A stretch of 64,000 nt of DNA. It comes from Bythopirellula sp. GTDB lineage: Bacteria; Planctomycetota; Planctomycetia; Pirellulales; Lacipirellulaceae. The notes below the pieces were generated by a model, which made no database searches, was not told the origin of the DNA, and saw only the letters and a list, made by a program, of their open reading frames with translations. The DNA lies in NCBI GenBank assembly GCA_965216565.1, contig OZ244170.1, positions 3,104,001 through 3,168,000 on the forward strand. Direction: 5' to 3'. Positions 7,039 to 17,096 of this stretch are shown piece after piece; positions within the stretch are counted from its first letter, which is position 1, and the number at the start of each line of letters is the position of its first letter. A program made the position numbers and the translations under genes.

Positions 7039-9594
7039 ATGCCACGAATCTTTTCCGTTTCACTGGTGGTCTTACATTTGCTAGCTGGCGGCGCTGGGCA
7101 CTCGCTCGCCGAGGATAGCATCCACATCCGAGCCAACCAGATTGGCTACCGCACGGACGAGCGCAAAGTTGCCATTGCCTTTTCGCACGAACCGGTCGAA
7201 GGGAGTTTTTCTCTCTTGGAGGTGCCGACCAAAAAGGTTGTGTTCACAGCGGAACTCACGCCCGCGTCCGCCCCGGGTTGGGGAACGTTCGCACATCATT
7301 ATCGGCTCGATTTCAGCAAACAGACGAAGCCGGGCCGATACGAACTGCGGATCGACGACTCTGGGGAAACTTCGCGATCCTTGACTATCGGCGACGATGC
7401 CTATGGCGATTACGTCGAAGATCTCCTGCGGTTCATGCGCCAACAGCGGTGCGGATACAACCCGGTGCTCGATATGGTTTGCCACCAGCGCGACGGCAGG
7501 ACCGCCTTCGGACCGAAACCAGCCGACACGTTTGTCGATGCCAGCGGTGGTTGGCACGATGCGGGCGACCAATTGAAATACCTTCTCACCGGCAGCAACG
7601 CCACCGCCCGGATGCTGTTGGCCTACGAACTAGAGCCCACCAAGTTCGACGATCGCACCGACCGCCTGGGCCATCCGCTTCCCAATGGTGTGCCCGACGT
7701 GCTGGACGAGGCCCGTTGGGGATTGGATTGGATCTTCAAGCTGCACCCCAGCCCCAAGGAACTCTACCACCAGGTGGCCGACGATCGCGATCACAACGAA
7801 TGGAAGATGCCCGACCGCGACACCTCCGACTATGGCTGGGGGCCCAACAGCTATCGAGTGGTCTATGCCGCGGACGGCAAACCGCAGGGCCTGCGGAAAT
7901 ATAAAAGCGAATCCACCGGCCTGGCCAACCTCGCTGGGCGCTGCGCCGCGGCCATGGCCCAGGCGCATCGAATCTGGCAGCGCGATCTGGACGATCCGCT
8001 GTTTGCCGCGCGCTGCCTGCAGGCGGCCCGCGAACTCTATGCGTTGGGCAAGTCGCACGAAGGCGTCCAGCAGGGCAACTCCTATGGCGCTCCCTACCGC
8101 TACGCCGAGACCACTTGGGCCGACGACATGGAGTGGGCCGCCGCGGAACTCTTTGCCGCCACCGGCGAGGATACCTATCGCAACGATGCCATTCGCTATG
8201 CTCGGCTGGCGGCAGACACTTCTTGGATGCCACTGGAAACCGCCGGCCACTATCAATACTATCCCTTCGTCAACGTCGGACACTTCGCGCTCTACCCACA
8301 TGTCGATGCCACACTGCAGCAGGAATTAGCCGGCTACTACCGCGCCGGCATCGAGGCCACCTTGGCCCGCGCCCAAAATAATGCCTTTGGCATTGGCGTG
8401 CCATTCATCTGGTGTTCCAACAACCTGACGACCGCGCTCGTAACGCAGCTCTTGCTCTACGAGCGGATGACGGGCGACCGGCAGTACCACGACCACCTGC
8501 TCGCCCAGCGCGATTGGCTCTTCGGCCGTAATCCCTGGGGGACTACCATGTTCACCGAAATCCCCCGCGATGGCGAATTCCCCGAGGACGTGCACACCGC
8601 TATCTGGAAACTCACCCGGCGTGCCGTACCGGGAGGGCTCATTGATGGTCCCGTGTATACCAAGGTTTACGACAGCCTGTTGGGACTCCATCTAGAAAAC
8701 GACGACGAGTTCGCGGCGTTCCAAAACAAACACGTCGTCTATCACGACGACATCGGCGACTACTCCACCAACGAACCAACGATGGACGGCACCGCGGGGG
8801 CGATCGCCATGATGGCCCACTTTGGCACAACGCCCGCTAATGCCCGCCGAAGCGTTGCGCGTCGCACCCTGGAACCACCCGCCAATCTACTGCTCGACCA
8901 CGGCGCCATTCGCCGCGGTTCGCCGGCCGACAAACGCCTCGCCCTGCTGTTCACTGCCGACAAGCACGTCGACGGCGCCAATCCCATTCTCGAAACTCTT
9001 ACCAAACACAAAGTGCCCGCCGCGTTTTTCCTCACCGGCAAATCACTCGACGCGCCCCACATGCGCGACTGGACGCGACAAGCACTCGCAGCGGGTCACT
9101 ACGTCGGCCCGCATTCCGACGGGCACTTGCTCTACGCCCCATGGGACGATCGGCAGCGGTCGCTTGTTTCCCAGGAACGTTTCCAAGCCGATCTCTATCG
9201 CAACCTGGCGGAGTTGGGCGAACTCGGTGCGGTGAAATCGCGGCCGATCTATTTCGTGCCGCCCTACGAATGGCACAATGCCCAGCACACCGCTTGGGCC
9301 AAGGAACTTGGCTGCCAGATGATCAACTTCACCTCCGGCAGCGGTTCGCAACGCGATTTCGCCCCGGAAGGTCACCAGGCATTTGTTCCCTCGGAAGAAC
9401 TGATCGAGGACATTTTAGAGCACGAACAGATCTCGAAACACGGACTCAACGGCCACCTGCTCTTGCTGCATCTCGGTACGACTCGAAAAGACAAAGTCTA
9501 CGCCCATCTCGGCAGATTGATCGAGGAGCTGTTGGCACGCGGTTATTCGATCGTGCGCGTTGATGAATTGCTCAGCGAAAGTAACACGCCGTAG
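7039..9594 (+). CDS. Secreted GH9 glycoside hydrolase (N-terminal Ig-like domain) fused to a C-terminal CE4/NodB polysaccharide deacetylase
   Basis: RANQIGY, GGWHDAGD and DYSTNEPT GH9 motifs; HSDGH, PPYE and LLLH CE4 motifs. Confidence 0.88.
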   Translation: MPRIFSVSLVVLHLLAGGAGHSLAEDSIHIRANQIGYRTDERKVAIAFSHEPVEGSFSLLEVPTKKVVFTAELTPASAPGWGTFAHHYRLDFSKQTKPGRYELRIDDSGETSRSLTIGDDAYGDYVEDLLRFMRQQRCGYNPVLDMVCHQRDGRTAFGPKPADTFVDASGGWHDAGDQLKYLLTGSNATARMLLAYELEPTKFDDRTDRLGHPLPNGVPDVLDEARWGLDWIFKLHPSPKELYHQVADDRDHNEWKMPDRDTSDYGWGPNSYRVVYAADGKPQGLRKYKSESTGLANLAGRCAAAMAQAHRIWQRDLDDPLFAARCLQAARELYALGKSHEGVQQGNSYGAPYRYAETTWADDMEWAAAELFAATGEDTYRNDAIRYARLAADTSWMPLETAGHYQYYPFVNVGHFALYPHVDATLQQELAGYYRAGIEATLARAQNNAFGIGVPFIWCSNNLTTALVTQLLLYERMTGDRQYHDHLLAQRDWLFGRNPWGTTMFTEIPRDGEFPEDVHTAIWKLTRRAVPGGLIDGPVYTKVYDSLLGLHLENDDEFAAFQNKHVVYHDDIGDYSTNEPTMDGTAGAIAMMAHFGTTPANARRSVARRTLEPPANLLLDHGAIRRGSPADKRLALLFTADKHVDGANPILETLTKHKVPAAFFLTGKSLDAPHMRDWTRQALAAGHYVGPHSDGHLLYAPWDDRQRSLVSQERFQADLYRNLAELGELGAVKSRPIYFVPPYEWHNAQHTAWAKELGCQMINFTSGSGSQRDFAPEGHQAFVPSEELIEDILEHEQISKHGLNGHLLLLHLGTTRKDKVYAHLGRLIEELLARGYSIVRVDELLSESNTP

Positions 9595-9636
9595 TTCCAA
9601 ATCTCCCCCCTGCCCTTCGGTCCTCTCTTTGCCGCC

Positions 9637-10170
9637 ATGATCAAGACCTTCGACCAGGCCTACCAGTTTGTGCTGGAGCAAAAAGTCTGCACGGTGTTCG
9701 GCAGCAAGTGTTCGCCGTACCCCTCGCTATGGGACAACACGGCTCTTTCCGAGGAGAAACCCAAAGCGGGAGGCTGGAGCCCCAAGGTCACCGCTGTCTG
9801 GGATTGGAAAACGCGCATCCCCCAAACGTATCCCGAGGAAGTGTTCTACGGCAAAGTGCCGGGGGGCGATGCCGTGCTAATGGAGATGCACCACTTTCGC
9901 GACGTGCACTATGCCGCAGCGTACCAACCCGTTCACGAGCTAGACCCGCTCGCCCAGGAAGTGTTTGAGTTCATCCGCCTCGGTCCCGACTACACCGGCC
10001 CCTTGCGCAAGCGAGCAATATCAGAATTGGGCTGCACCAAAAGCAAGTTCGACACGGCTCTGAAGAAACTGCAAATCAGCCTGAACATCGTCCGCTCCAA
10101 CGACCCGCAACTAAAAAACGATTTCTGGCTCCCCATGAGCGAGGTGCATGCGGATCTTGTGCGTGGGTAG
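9637..10170 (+). CDS. Conserved hypothetical protein, AlkZ-related/winged-helix-like
   Basis: Clean 177-aa ORF; W.WK..., YGKV.GG and SKFDTALKKLQ pattern. Confidence 0.55.
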   Translation: MIKTFDQAYQFVLEQKVCTVFGSKCSPYPSLWDNTALSEEKPKAGGWSPKVTAVWDWKTRIPQTYPEEVFYGKVPGGDAVLMEMHHFRDVHYAAAYQPVHELDPLAQEVFEFIRLGPDYTGPLRKRAISELGCTKSKFDTALKKLQISLNIVRSNDPQLKNDFWLPMSEVHADLVRG

Positions 10171-10258
10171 CCGACTTGGAAACAAGTCCGTTCGCAAATT
10201 AAACCGTGCGATCCATTCCCTCTGCTCAGGCTCTTCGGACCACCAATCTTCAGTAAAT

Positions 10259-11773
10259 CTATTGCGCTTGAAGCTCATAGGCAGCAGCTTGCGCTTGTCG
10301 ACTATAGTCGATCGATTCACCGAGGATGCGAGCCGCCTCTTGATCAGCATGGAAACCTTTGGAATTCTCGCTGCAGACGAAGTCCAACCGCCACATCGCT
10401 TTCCTTTGCAACTTACGAATAGGTTCGAGTTGCTCCTCCGTGGCTCCCGCCTCCTGGACAGCAATGATTGCATCCAACATGTCGGTCATTGCTTTTGCGG
10501 CTCGATCGATTAGCGACCTAGTCCGGTCTTGAATGGTATCGACGCGTGCCTGGAGTTCGGCCTCAGGAACATTGTGGCAAGTTTGACATGCACGGTTGAT
10601 GTTTAGCATCGGGCTCCGCACCCAATGACTACTGAACTTGGTAGCTCCCTGTTTTTCGTAAGGCATGTGGCAATCACTGCAGCTTACCCCAGCTCGCGCA
10701 TGGATTCCTTGACTCCAGAGTTCAAATTCTGGATGTTGAGCTTTATAGACTTTTGTTCCGGTTTCTTTATGAATGTAGTCGTAAAACTCGCCGCCCTCGG
10801 GAAACTCTGTCTCGTCCCAGGTCTGCTCCACATCATCCATTCTCAGGCCATTATCCCATGGAAACGTGAGCGTCATTTTATTGGCGCAGTAATACTCCAC
10901 GTGGCATTGCCCGCAGACGAAAGATCGCATTTCTTGCCGCGAAGCGTCTCGATTGGGATTGTAAGGCTCATCGCGATCAGAGTCTCGCCACTTCTTGATA
11001 CTTGGCAGGTGCGGGACGGGGTCGTCGCTTTCCGCCAACTTGGCTATTCCATCGATAAAACCGGGGCGCGTTACGCGAATTTGCAATGTCTTTGGATCGT
11101 GGCAATCGATACACGACACCGGATGCGCCTCGCCCACATGAGGGTCTCCTGCACTTGGTCTTTTCACTCCATCTGGCGTTTTCTCAAGCTCGGAATGAAC
11201 GTCTTGGTAGTTCATCTGGCTCACTGCTTCAAATCCAGCGACAACCGCTTCTTGGTCAAACGATTCCGCTAGCCGCTCAGCGGTCGCTTCAACACCTTGC
11301 TTCTCTAAGCCAATCCGGCGATAAGTAGGTATCAGCGAAGCGTGACAATGCAAACAGGCCCCTGCCTGCTGAACATCAGTCACTCGCTTAGTCACTTCTT
11401 GATCACTGAGCATGAAGGCGTGCCCTCGCGCTTCGCGGTAGTCGATACTGAAGGCATATCCGGCAAACAGACGTTTCAGCCAGGGGTCCTGCTTCAACTT
11501 ACTGGGCGGCAACGCGTTACTCCCCCCATACTCGGTGCGCTCAGTATCAGCCGTCTTCAAATACGTCTCATACTGCAGTGGAAAGTTCTGCCCCCACGGC
11601 TCAGGGTCCGTGCTGATCTCTGAAACGTCGACCAGTTTCACAAAAGGAGCGCGCGCTTCTTGCTTACGTTCAAAAATATTCACCAATAGCGCAATGACTG
11701 CGAACGAAGCAATTGCAATCATCCCGGTTAAAAGAGCGAGCCAACGAAAACTCCGCGATTCAGATGATGCCAT
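10259..11773 (-). CDS. nrfA: Ammonia-forming cytochrome c nitrite reductase catalytic subunit (CxxCH variant)
   Basis: Five haem motifs, [32 protein letters not shown]. Confidence 0.93.
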   Translation of the reverse strand: MASSESRSFRWLALLTGMIAIASFAVIALLVNIFERKQEARAPFVKLVDVSEISTDPEPWGQNFPLQYETYLKTADTERTEYGGSNALPPSKLKQDPWLKRLFAGYAFSIDYREARGHAFMLSDQEVTKRVTDVQQAGACLHCHASLIPTYRRIGLEKQGVEATAERLAESFDQEAVVAGFEAVSQMNYQDVHSELEKTPDGVKRPSAGDPHVGEAHPVSCIDCHDPKTLQIRVTRPGFIDGIAKLAESDDPVPHLPSIKKWRDSDRDEPYNPNRDASRQEMRSFVCGQCHVEYYCANKMTLTFPWDNGLRMDDVEQTWDETEFPEGGEFYDYIHKETGTKVYKAQHPEFELWSQGIHARAGVSCSDCHMPYEKQGATKFSSHWVRSPMLNINRACQTCHNVPEAELQARVDTIQDRTRSLIDRAAKAMTDMLDAIIAVQEAGATEEQLEPIRKLQRKAMWRLDFVCSENSKGFHADQEAARILGESIDYSRQAQAAAYELQAQ

Positions 11774-11809
11774 TCTGGTTTCACACGTCTTCTAGTTTTA
11801 GTGATTAGT

Positions 11810-12385
11810 TCAATCTCGCCCGGAACCTGACGAGATAGTACGAAAAGCATGTCCTACATCTGCATGACAGTGCACGCAGGAGAGCATGTCACCCTCTTTG
11901 GCATCACCAGAAACTGACGACGCGACCGGCAATAACGCATGCACCATATCCTTATGGCATTCGATGCACGCACCTTGAGTGACCTGCTTGTTGCGTGGCT
12001 TGATTTGTATCGGATCGTGAAAATCCTGCAAAGTAAATGCAACTGAATGAAAGAACCCGTTGTCCGCCTTGGTAATCCATTTGCCCGCAAAGTCATGAGG
12101 CAAGTGGCAATCATTGCATCCCGCCACGTGATGGTGGCTGCTTTTTTGCCAGGAGTCAAAATGCTCCTGCATCACATGACAGTTAGCACACGATTGAGGA
12201 TTGTTGCTGAGATAGCTGGCACCTTTTCCGTAACCGAACGTAAAGACACCCGTACCAGCTAGAGAGCCAAGTAGTACAGCAAAGCCTATTTCACGATATC
12301 CAATGGGCCAGCGGGAGGATAACTTTCCTGCGTCATCCCCAATTTCTGGAAGTGGCCGATCAAGATTAGAGTTTTTCTCAGGCAC
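11810..12385 (-). CDS. nrfH: Cytochrome c nitrite reductase small subunit (tetrahaem quinol dehydrogenase)
   Basis: N-terminal TM helix; CANCHVM, CNDCH, CIECH, CVHCH; directly upstream of nrfA. Confidence 0.93.
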   Translation of the reverse strand: MPEKNSNLDRPLPEIGDDAGKLSSRWPIGYREIGFAVLLGSLAGTGVFTFGYGKGASYLSNNPQSCANCHVMQEHFDSWQKSSHHHVAGCNDCHLPHDFAGKWITKADNGFFHSVAFTLQDFHDPIQIKPRNKQVTQGACIECHKDMVHALLPVASSVSGDAKEGDMLSCVHCHADVGHAFRTISSGSGRD

Positions 12386-12646
12386 AACGATCTTCTTCCG
12401 AATAACTTAGCGCCCTCAATTAATGAAACTTGGTGACATCTATCCTACTGACCGCACTGTGTATTTCAAGCAGGAAACAGGACGCGAGTTGAACGCAGAA
12501 AAAGGGAACGCTGGCCAGCGTGACGTTTCGATCCAACGAGCAGAAATCCTTGCTCGCACATCAGACTTTTTGTAAATTTGAGGCTCGCACAATCAATCGT
12601 TTTCCAGGTGTACTCGCAGTCTCATTCGATTCGCAAGGAGACGCTA

Positions 12647-13240
12647 ATGATCCAATCTCGTCAACTTGGTTTAGTCGTTCTTATTCTCTCAGCTTTTGTC
12701 TGCAAGATTGACTGCAACCAGTGTTCCGCCGTGATCAGTGTCGTGCCTCCGCCTCAGTATCGCCTAGATGGTACGCTCGACGAAGGAGGCAGTTTTTTTG
12801 GCTTCTTTACGATTGATCCACTCGCCACCGATTCCTCACCCACAGAAGGAATCGGAAACTTCGCTCTCACCGATGTGAACATCCATCTACAAAACTCTTC
12901 GCTTTTCTCTTCCGGAGGGAATACGGCGACCTCGGGCTCAACGACGGAGGCGCTGCTAACGCAAAGTGAGTTCGCACAGCGACAAGCAATCAGCTTCACG
13001 ATCCCAGCCAGCAATGGACTTTCGAATGTGTTTTCTGAGCTCGTTTTCGAGCCGTTCACCGGTGATGCCGATATCGCTGTGCCCTTAGAAGGCGTCTATA
13101 CCAGTGGCCTATTCGATGGCAACGGACAAGACTCCATTGCAACTATCTCCGTCACATTGGTGCCTGAACCAAGCACGATCACATTACTATTGGCAGCCCT
13201 GATTGGACTCCTTGGCCGACCGCGCGAGTCGCATTTGTGA
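12647..13240 (+). CDS. Small PEP-CTERM protein
   Basis: AAGGAG RBS + ATG 12647; signal peptide; VPEPS-TM-basic tail. Confidence 0.85.
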   Translation: MIQSRQLGLVVLILSAFVCKIDCNQCSAVISVVPPPQYRLDGTLDEGGSFFGFFTIDPLATDSSPTEGIGNFALTDVNIHLQNSSLFSSGGNTATSGSTTEALLTQSEFAQRQAISFTIPASNGLSNVFSELVFEPFTGDADIAVPLEGVYTSGLFDGNGQDSIATISVTLVPEPSTITLLLAALIGLLGRPRESHL

Positions 13241-13251
13241 GTTCCAACCGG

Positions 13252-13536
13252 TCATGCTGCGTAATTGAGACGACGTTGATACTCTCGCGTGCGGCATAGC
13301 ACGCACGGCTTGTACACCAGCGCTCCGCAACCGTTGCAGCGTTCGGGGGGAACTTCGAAACAACATAGCTCGGGGCGATCGTTGTCGGGCTCTTTGCCAA
13401 ACATGCCACGGCGACCACTGGCGATGGCGCCGACCGTCCCGCGACTAACGCCCAATTTCTTAGCAATCTTGCGTTGCGACAACTGACCCTCCGCGAGCAG
13501 GCGGCTGATTTCTTGCACAGTGGCGAGCGGTAACAT
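13252..13536 (-). CDS. Small HTH protein with a C-terminal CxxC...CxxC zinc ribbon
   Basis: SQRKIAKKLGVSRGTV HTH; CNGC/CVLC; GAGAGG RBS. Confidence 0.8.
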   Translation of the reverse strand: MLPLATVQEISRLLAEGQLSQRKIAKKLGVSRGTVGAIASGRRGMFGKEPDNDRPELCCFEVPPERCNGCGALVYKPCVLCRTREYQRRLNYAA

Positions 13537-13594
13537 GCGCGGGAATTCCTCTCTCAGATTTGGTCAGTTCGTCGGATAAGTTGAAGAGTATTGA

Positions 13595-13707
13595 TTGTGA
13601 GTTGAGAGTTGAGAGTATTCGCGATGTGATTTCGCCCCCCCTGCCAATAGCCGCGAGTCTACGACTCGCCGGAGCCCAATCATTGAACTCACAACTCGCA
13701 ACTCAAC
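13595..13707. repeat. Inverted pair of heptamer tracts
   Basis: TTG(T/A)GAG x3 at 13595-13616 versus ACTCACA/ACTCGCA/ACTCAAC at 13687-13707. Confidence 0.7.
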
Positions 13708-13709
13708 CC

Positions 13710-13859
13710 TCACTCATCCTCAAACCAAAAGTCCCCAGGCTCGGGAAACGGTTCATGATCGTCCTCGGGGATGAACGCTTCCCAAGGGTCGTCTACCTGC
13801 GGAGCCTCGTCGGGAGCCACTCGCCACAAGGTAGGTCTCTTGACTCCAGCCACGCTCAT
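13710..13859 (-). CDS. Small acidic protein, 49 aa, ending PEPGDFWFEDE (absent from the ORF track)
   Basis: ATG preceded by GGGGGTG; open frame MSVAGVKRPTLWRVAPDEAPQVDDPWEAFIPEDDHEPFPEPGDFWFEDE*; co-oriented with the HTH gene. Confidence 0.6.
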   Translation of the reverse strand: MSVAGVKRPTLWRVAPDEAPQVDDPWEAFIPEDDHEPFPEPGDFWFEDE

Positions 13860-13912
13860 ATCACCCCCCATTCTTCAAATTCAATTGCCAATCTTTCACG
13901 CTCAATACCAAA

Positions 13913-13954
13913 GCCTCCCGCCTCCCGCCTCACACCTCACACCTCACACCTCCC
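13913..13954. repeat. Tandem heptamer repeat RCCTC(C/A)C x6
   Basis: gcctccc gcctccc gcctcac acctcac acctcac acctccc. Confidence 0.9.
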
Positions 13955-14214
13955 CAGCACATACAAAAACCTAACAAGAACCGCGGCCAAAAACTATACA
14001 TTTGTTCACTATTTTGTGCAGGTTTTTTGCGCGAAGAAAACACTACAAATAAAGGGGTAACACCACACACCAAGAGAGCCGAGGCGTCCCCGCCAATGGC
14101 AGCACAATCCCCGCGGCAATTGAAAAAACAGAATTGCCCCAATCCCAAATACACAACATCGTGTATGACAAAAATTCGGTGACACAACCCGTAGAAATGC
14201 CGCGATCCGAGCGG

Positions 14215-15726
14215 CTACTGGGTAAGCCCTTGCGTCGAAGATTCGAGCAGGTCGGAAAGCTGACTCTCAGAGGCCCGCAACACATCGCGGCGATCGGGCG
14301 TCAATTGTTCAAGGGCTTCCTGAGCTTCGGCGGTTTGGCCCAGATTCGCCTCGGCAATACTCTTGGCCGCGAACACAAACGCCGCGAGCCTAGCATTACT
14401 TGGATCCGCCAGACTGGCATTCTCCAACTGCCGCAATTCCCGACGCGCTAAATCGTATTCCTGAGAAACAAGCAGATAGTATCGCACCAACCCCTGCCGG
14501 GCCAACTGGTGCAAGAACGGATCGGCATCGGGAAATCGCTGCCAAACGCTTTTCCAAGCGTCCGGGCTATTGGTCATCTTGGCATGGTAGAGCTGGGCAT
14601 CGACAGTTTCTCGCTTAGGAATTGCAGGCGTTCCGCTCCCGCGCAAATAGGGATCGCTTTGCGTCAGCCGGGCCAAGAGAATTCCGACCAGGACCGACGC
14701 CACCAAGACTCCCACCGTGGTTCCCCAGCGACGATTGGTTTGCCGCAGCCGAGTTTCTTCCTGCATCAAACTTCCCAACCGCTGCTGCCCCCCCGTCTGC
14801 GATTGATCCGTGGCGATCCGCTCGGCCAAAGTCCAAGCCTCGGGATTCTCGGCCCAACCCTCCTCGGCCGCCTTCGTAGCCAAAGATCGCATGTTCACCA
14901 GCAGCTCGCCCGGATTGGCAGGCCGGTTTTCCGACTGCTTCGCCATCATCTGATGAACAGTTCTGGCAAATGCACCTGATAGATTCTTCCGGGCATTCTC
15001 CAGGGGTTCTGGTGAAGAATTCACATGTTGCATCGCAATGGCAAGCGCCGTTTCGCCGTCGTAGGGCGGCGAGCCGGTGAGCAAGTGGTAACACGTCACC
15101 CCAAGTGAATAGATATCGCTACGGATATCGAGCGAACGCCCTTCGATCTGCTCAGGGCTCATGTAGAGCGGGGTACCCATCGTGACGCCTACCTGGGTAA
15201 GCGTCTTCGCATCGGTATCGGCAACACGAGCCAGCCCAAAGTCTGCCACTTTCACTTCACCCGTGTGGCTGAGCATGATGTTTTCTGGCTTGATATCCCG
15301 ATGCACGATGCCAAGTTCGTGGCTCTTGCAAAGAGCGGAAACCACTTGTCTCATGATATCCAGCACGAGGCCTGGTTCGAGGGCACCGGTGCGCTGGACA
15401 AGCTGACCGAGATTCTTGCCCGGTACGTATTCCTGGGCAATAAATCGCAAGCCCTCGATCTGGCCCACTTCGTAAATTTGCACGATATTCGGGTGAATCA
15501 GCGAGGCCGCGGCCCGCGCCTCTTGGGCGAATCGTTCGACGTAGCTGCTGTCTTCCGCCAGCCGTTCGTGCAAGATCTTGAGGGCTACCTGGCGACTCAA
15601 AGAACGCTGTTCCGCCAAGTAGACGTCAGCCATGCCGCCGGTGCCGAGCTTCCGCAGAACAATATAGTCGCCTAGCTCTCGCCCCGTTAAATCCTGGCTA
15701 GCTCCGGGCGACGTCGGCTGGTTCAT
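14215..15726 (-). CDS. Membrane-anchored Hanks-type Ser/Thr protein kinase
   Basis: LGTGGMADV, VALK, HRDIKPEN, DFGLA, GTPLYMSPE; TM helix and C-terminal extracytoplasmic domain. Confidence 0.95.
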   Translation of the reverse strand: MNQPTSPGASQDLTGRELGDYIVLRKLGTGGMADVYLAEQRSLSRQVALKILHERLAEDSSYVERFAQEARAAASLIHPNIVQIYEVGQIEGLRFIAQEYVPGKNLGQLVQRTGALEPGLVLDIMRQVVSALCKSHELGIVHRDIKPENIMLSHTGEVKVADFGLARVADTDAKTLTQVGVTMGTPLYMSPEQIEGRSLDIRSDIYSLGVTCYHLLTGSPPYDGETALAIAMQHVNSSPEPLENARKNLSGAFARTVHQMMAKQSENRPANPGELLVNMRSLATKAAEEGWAENPEAWTLAERIATDQSQTGGQQRLGSLMQEETRLRQTNRRWGTTVGVLVASVLVGILLARLTQSDPYLRGSGTPAIPKRETVDAQLYHAKMTNSPDAWKSVWQRFPDADPFLHQLARQGLVRYYLLVSQEYDLARRELRQLENASLADPSNARLAAFVFAAKSIAEANLGQTAEAQEALEQLTPDRRDVLRASESQLSDLLESSTQGLTQ

Positions 15727-15737
15727 ATAACACCCTG

Positions 15738-16613
15738 CTACCTGGGCAGTGAGACCGACTGCAAGACGCGCTGGGCAGCCTCCGACTTATTCAGCACATA
15801 GTAGTGGATTCCAGCAACGCCTGAATCCAGCAATTCTTGGGTCTGCTGCGAAGCAAATTCGACGCCTACCTCGAATTGCCCCTGAGGATCATCGGCATAT
15901 TTCTCTAACTCTGCCAGCAGCGACTCCGGCAACTTTGCCGCACACAACGACGTGATCCGTTTGATCTGCTCGAGATTCGTAATCGGCAGCAATCCCGGAA
16001 CGATCGGAATATCGATTCCTAGCTGTTCGCAACGAGTGCGGAATTCGAAGAAATCTCGATTGTCGTAGAACAGCTGGGTAATCACGGCGTCAGCACCAGC
16101 GTCGACTTTGCGTTTGAGGTTTTTCAGGTCTTCCTCGAAATTTGGTGCCTCTTGGTGCTTTTCAGGATATCCTGCCACAGCGATACCCACACTGGGAAAT
16201 TCCGCTTTGACGAATGTCACCAACTCATTGGCAAAGTTGAATCCACCCTCGACAGATTGAAAGCTTGTTTCGCCCTGCGGAGGATCGCCTCGCAGGGCGA
16301 CGACATTATCCACGTTGGATTCAACCGCGCGTCGCAGGTAGTCTTTAATCTGTTCTGCGGAACGTCCCACGCAGGTTAGGTGGGTAGCAACAGGCACCCC
16401 AAAGTCTTTTCCCACCTTGGCAATTAGGTCTAAGGTTCGGTCCTGGGTCGACCCCCCTGCCCCGTAGGTGCAGGTAATGTAACTCGGCTGAAAATCAGCC
16501 AGGTGCTTTAAATGACCAAATAGGGCTGTCATCCCTTTCTCGGTCTTGGGGGGAAACAGCTCGAACGACAATCCGAATTTGCCCGGACCGTATGCTTCTG
16601 CGAGGGACGACAA
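15738..16613 (-). CDS. metF: 5,10-methylenetetrahydrofolate reductase
   Basis: SFELFPPK, TYGAGG, HLTC, ALRGDPP, AGYPEKH, ITQLF. Confidence 0.95.
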   Translation of the reverse strand: MSSLAEAYGPGKFGLSFELFPPKTEKGMTALFGHLKHLADFQPSYITCTYGAGGSTQDRTLDLIAKVGKDFGVPVATHLTCVGRSAEQIKDYLRRAVESNVDNVVALRGDPPQGETSFQSVEGGFNFANELVTFVKAEFPSVGIAVAGYPEKHQEAPNFEEDLKNLKRKVDAGADAVITQLFYDNRDFFEFRTRCEQLGIDIPIVPGLLPITNLEQIKRITSLCAAKLPESLLAELEKYADDPQGQFEVGVEFASQQTQELLDSGVAGIHYYVLNKSEAAQRVLQSVSLPR

Positions 16614-17096
16614 GTGCCTTTATCTCCTGAAAACTATTTACAAGACCGCTTGAGAAAACCTGTGTGAGGATAGGTTCTCAGAAACCAGATCTTTTTATAT
16701 CAATTCGTTACTCTAATACGCTTTAGGTCTAGGTGCGCGCTTCACGGTTCTGTTCGCTTCACTCTACGTAGAGAGTTGCCGTTCCGCAATGTTGCGACGC
16801 TGTCACTACCTATTGCGGGGTTAAATCCGACAAAGGTAGTGAAAATGGGAGATTTTCTCCGCCTGGCGAGTTCGTGCCTACACTATTTACGCAACTATAG
16901 GCCTAGAATCCCTTCTGAGCAGGCATCCCCAGATAGACCCAAATTCGTTATACTTTCGGGTCTAGAACTTCCAAGCCACGGGCCCTGAACCCGGGCCGAT
17001 TCATTCATAATCCATTAATTCGGCTGGAACATTCAGTTTCAATTGAATGAATGCTTTCAGAATATTCCTTCCGATTCAATCCAAAAGTAGAGCAAG

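Noticed and set aside
13913..13954. CRISPR-like array
   Set aside because: Contiguous 7-mers without spacers; no cas genes or CRISPR array seen in the window.
13993..14010. Possible LexA-like palindrome ACTATACATTTGTTCACT
   Set aside because: Only 5 of 9 positions pair; too weak to call.
16614..16760. Possible SAM/SAH riboswitch upstream of metF
   Set aside because: A hairpin is present (TGAGAA..CCT/AGGTTCTCA) but no recognisable aptamer core.
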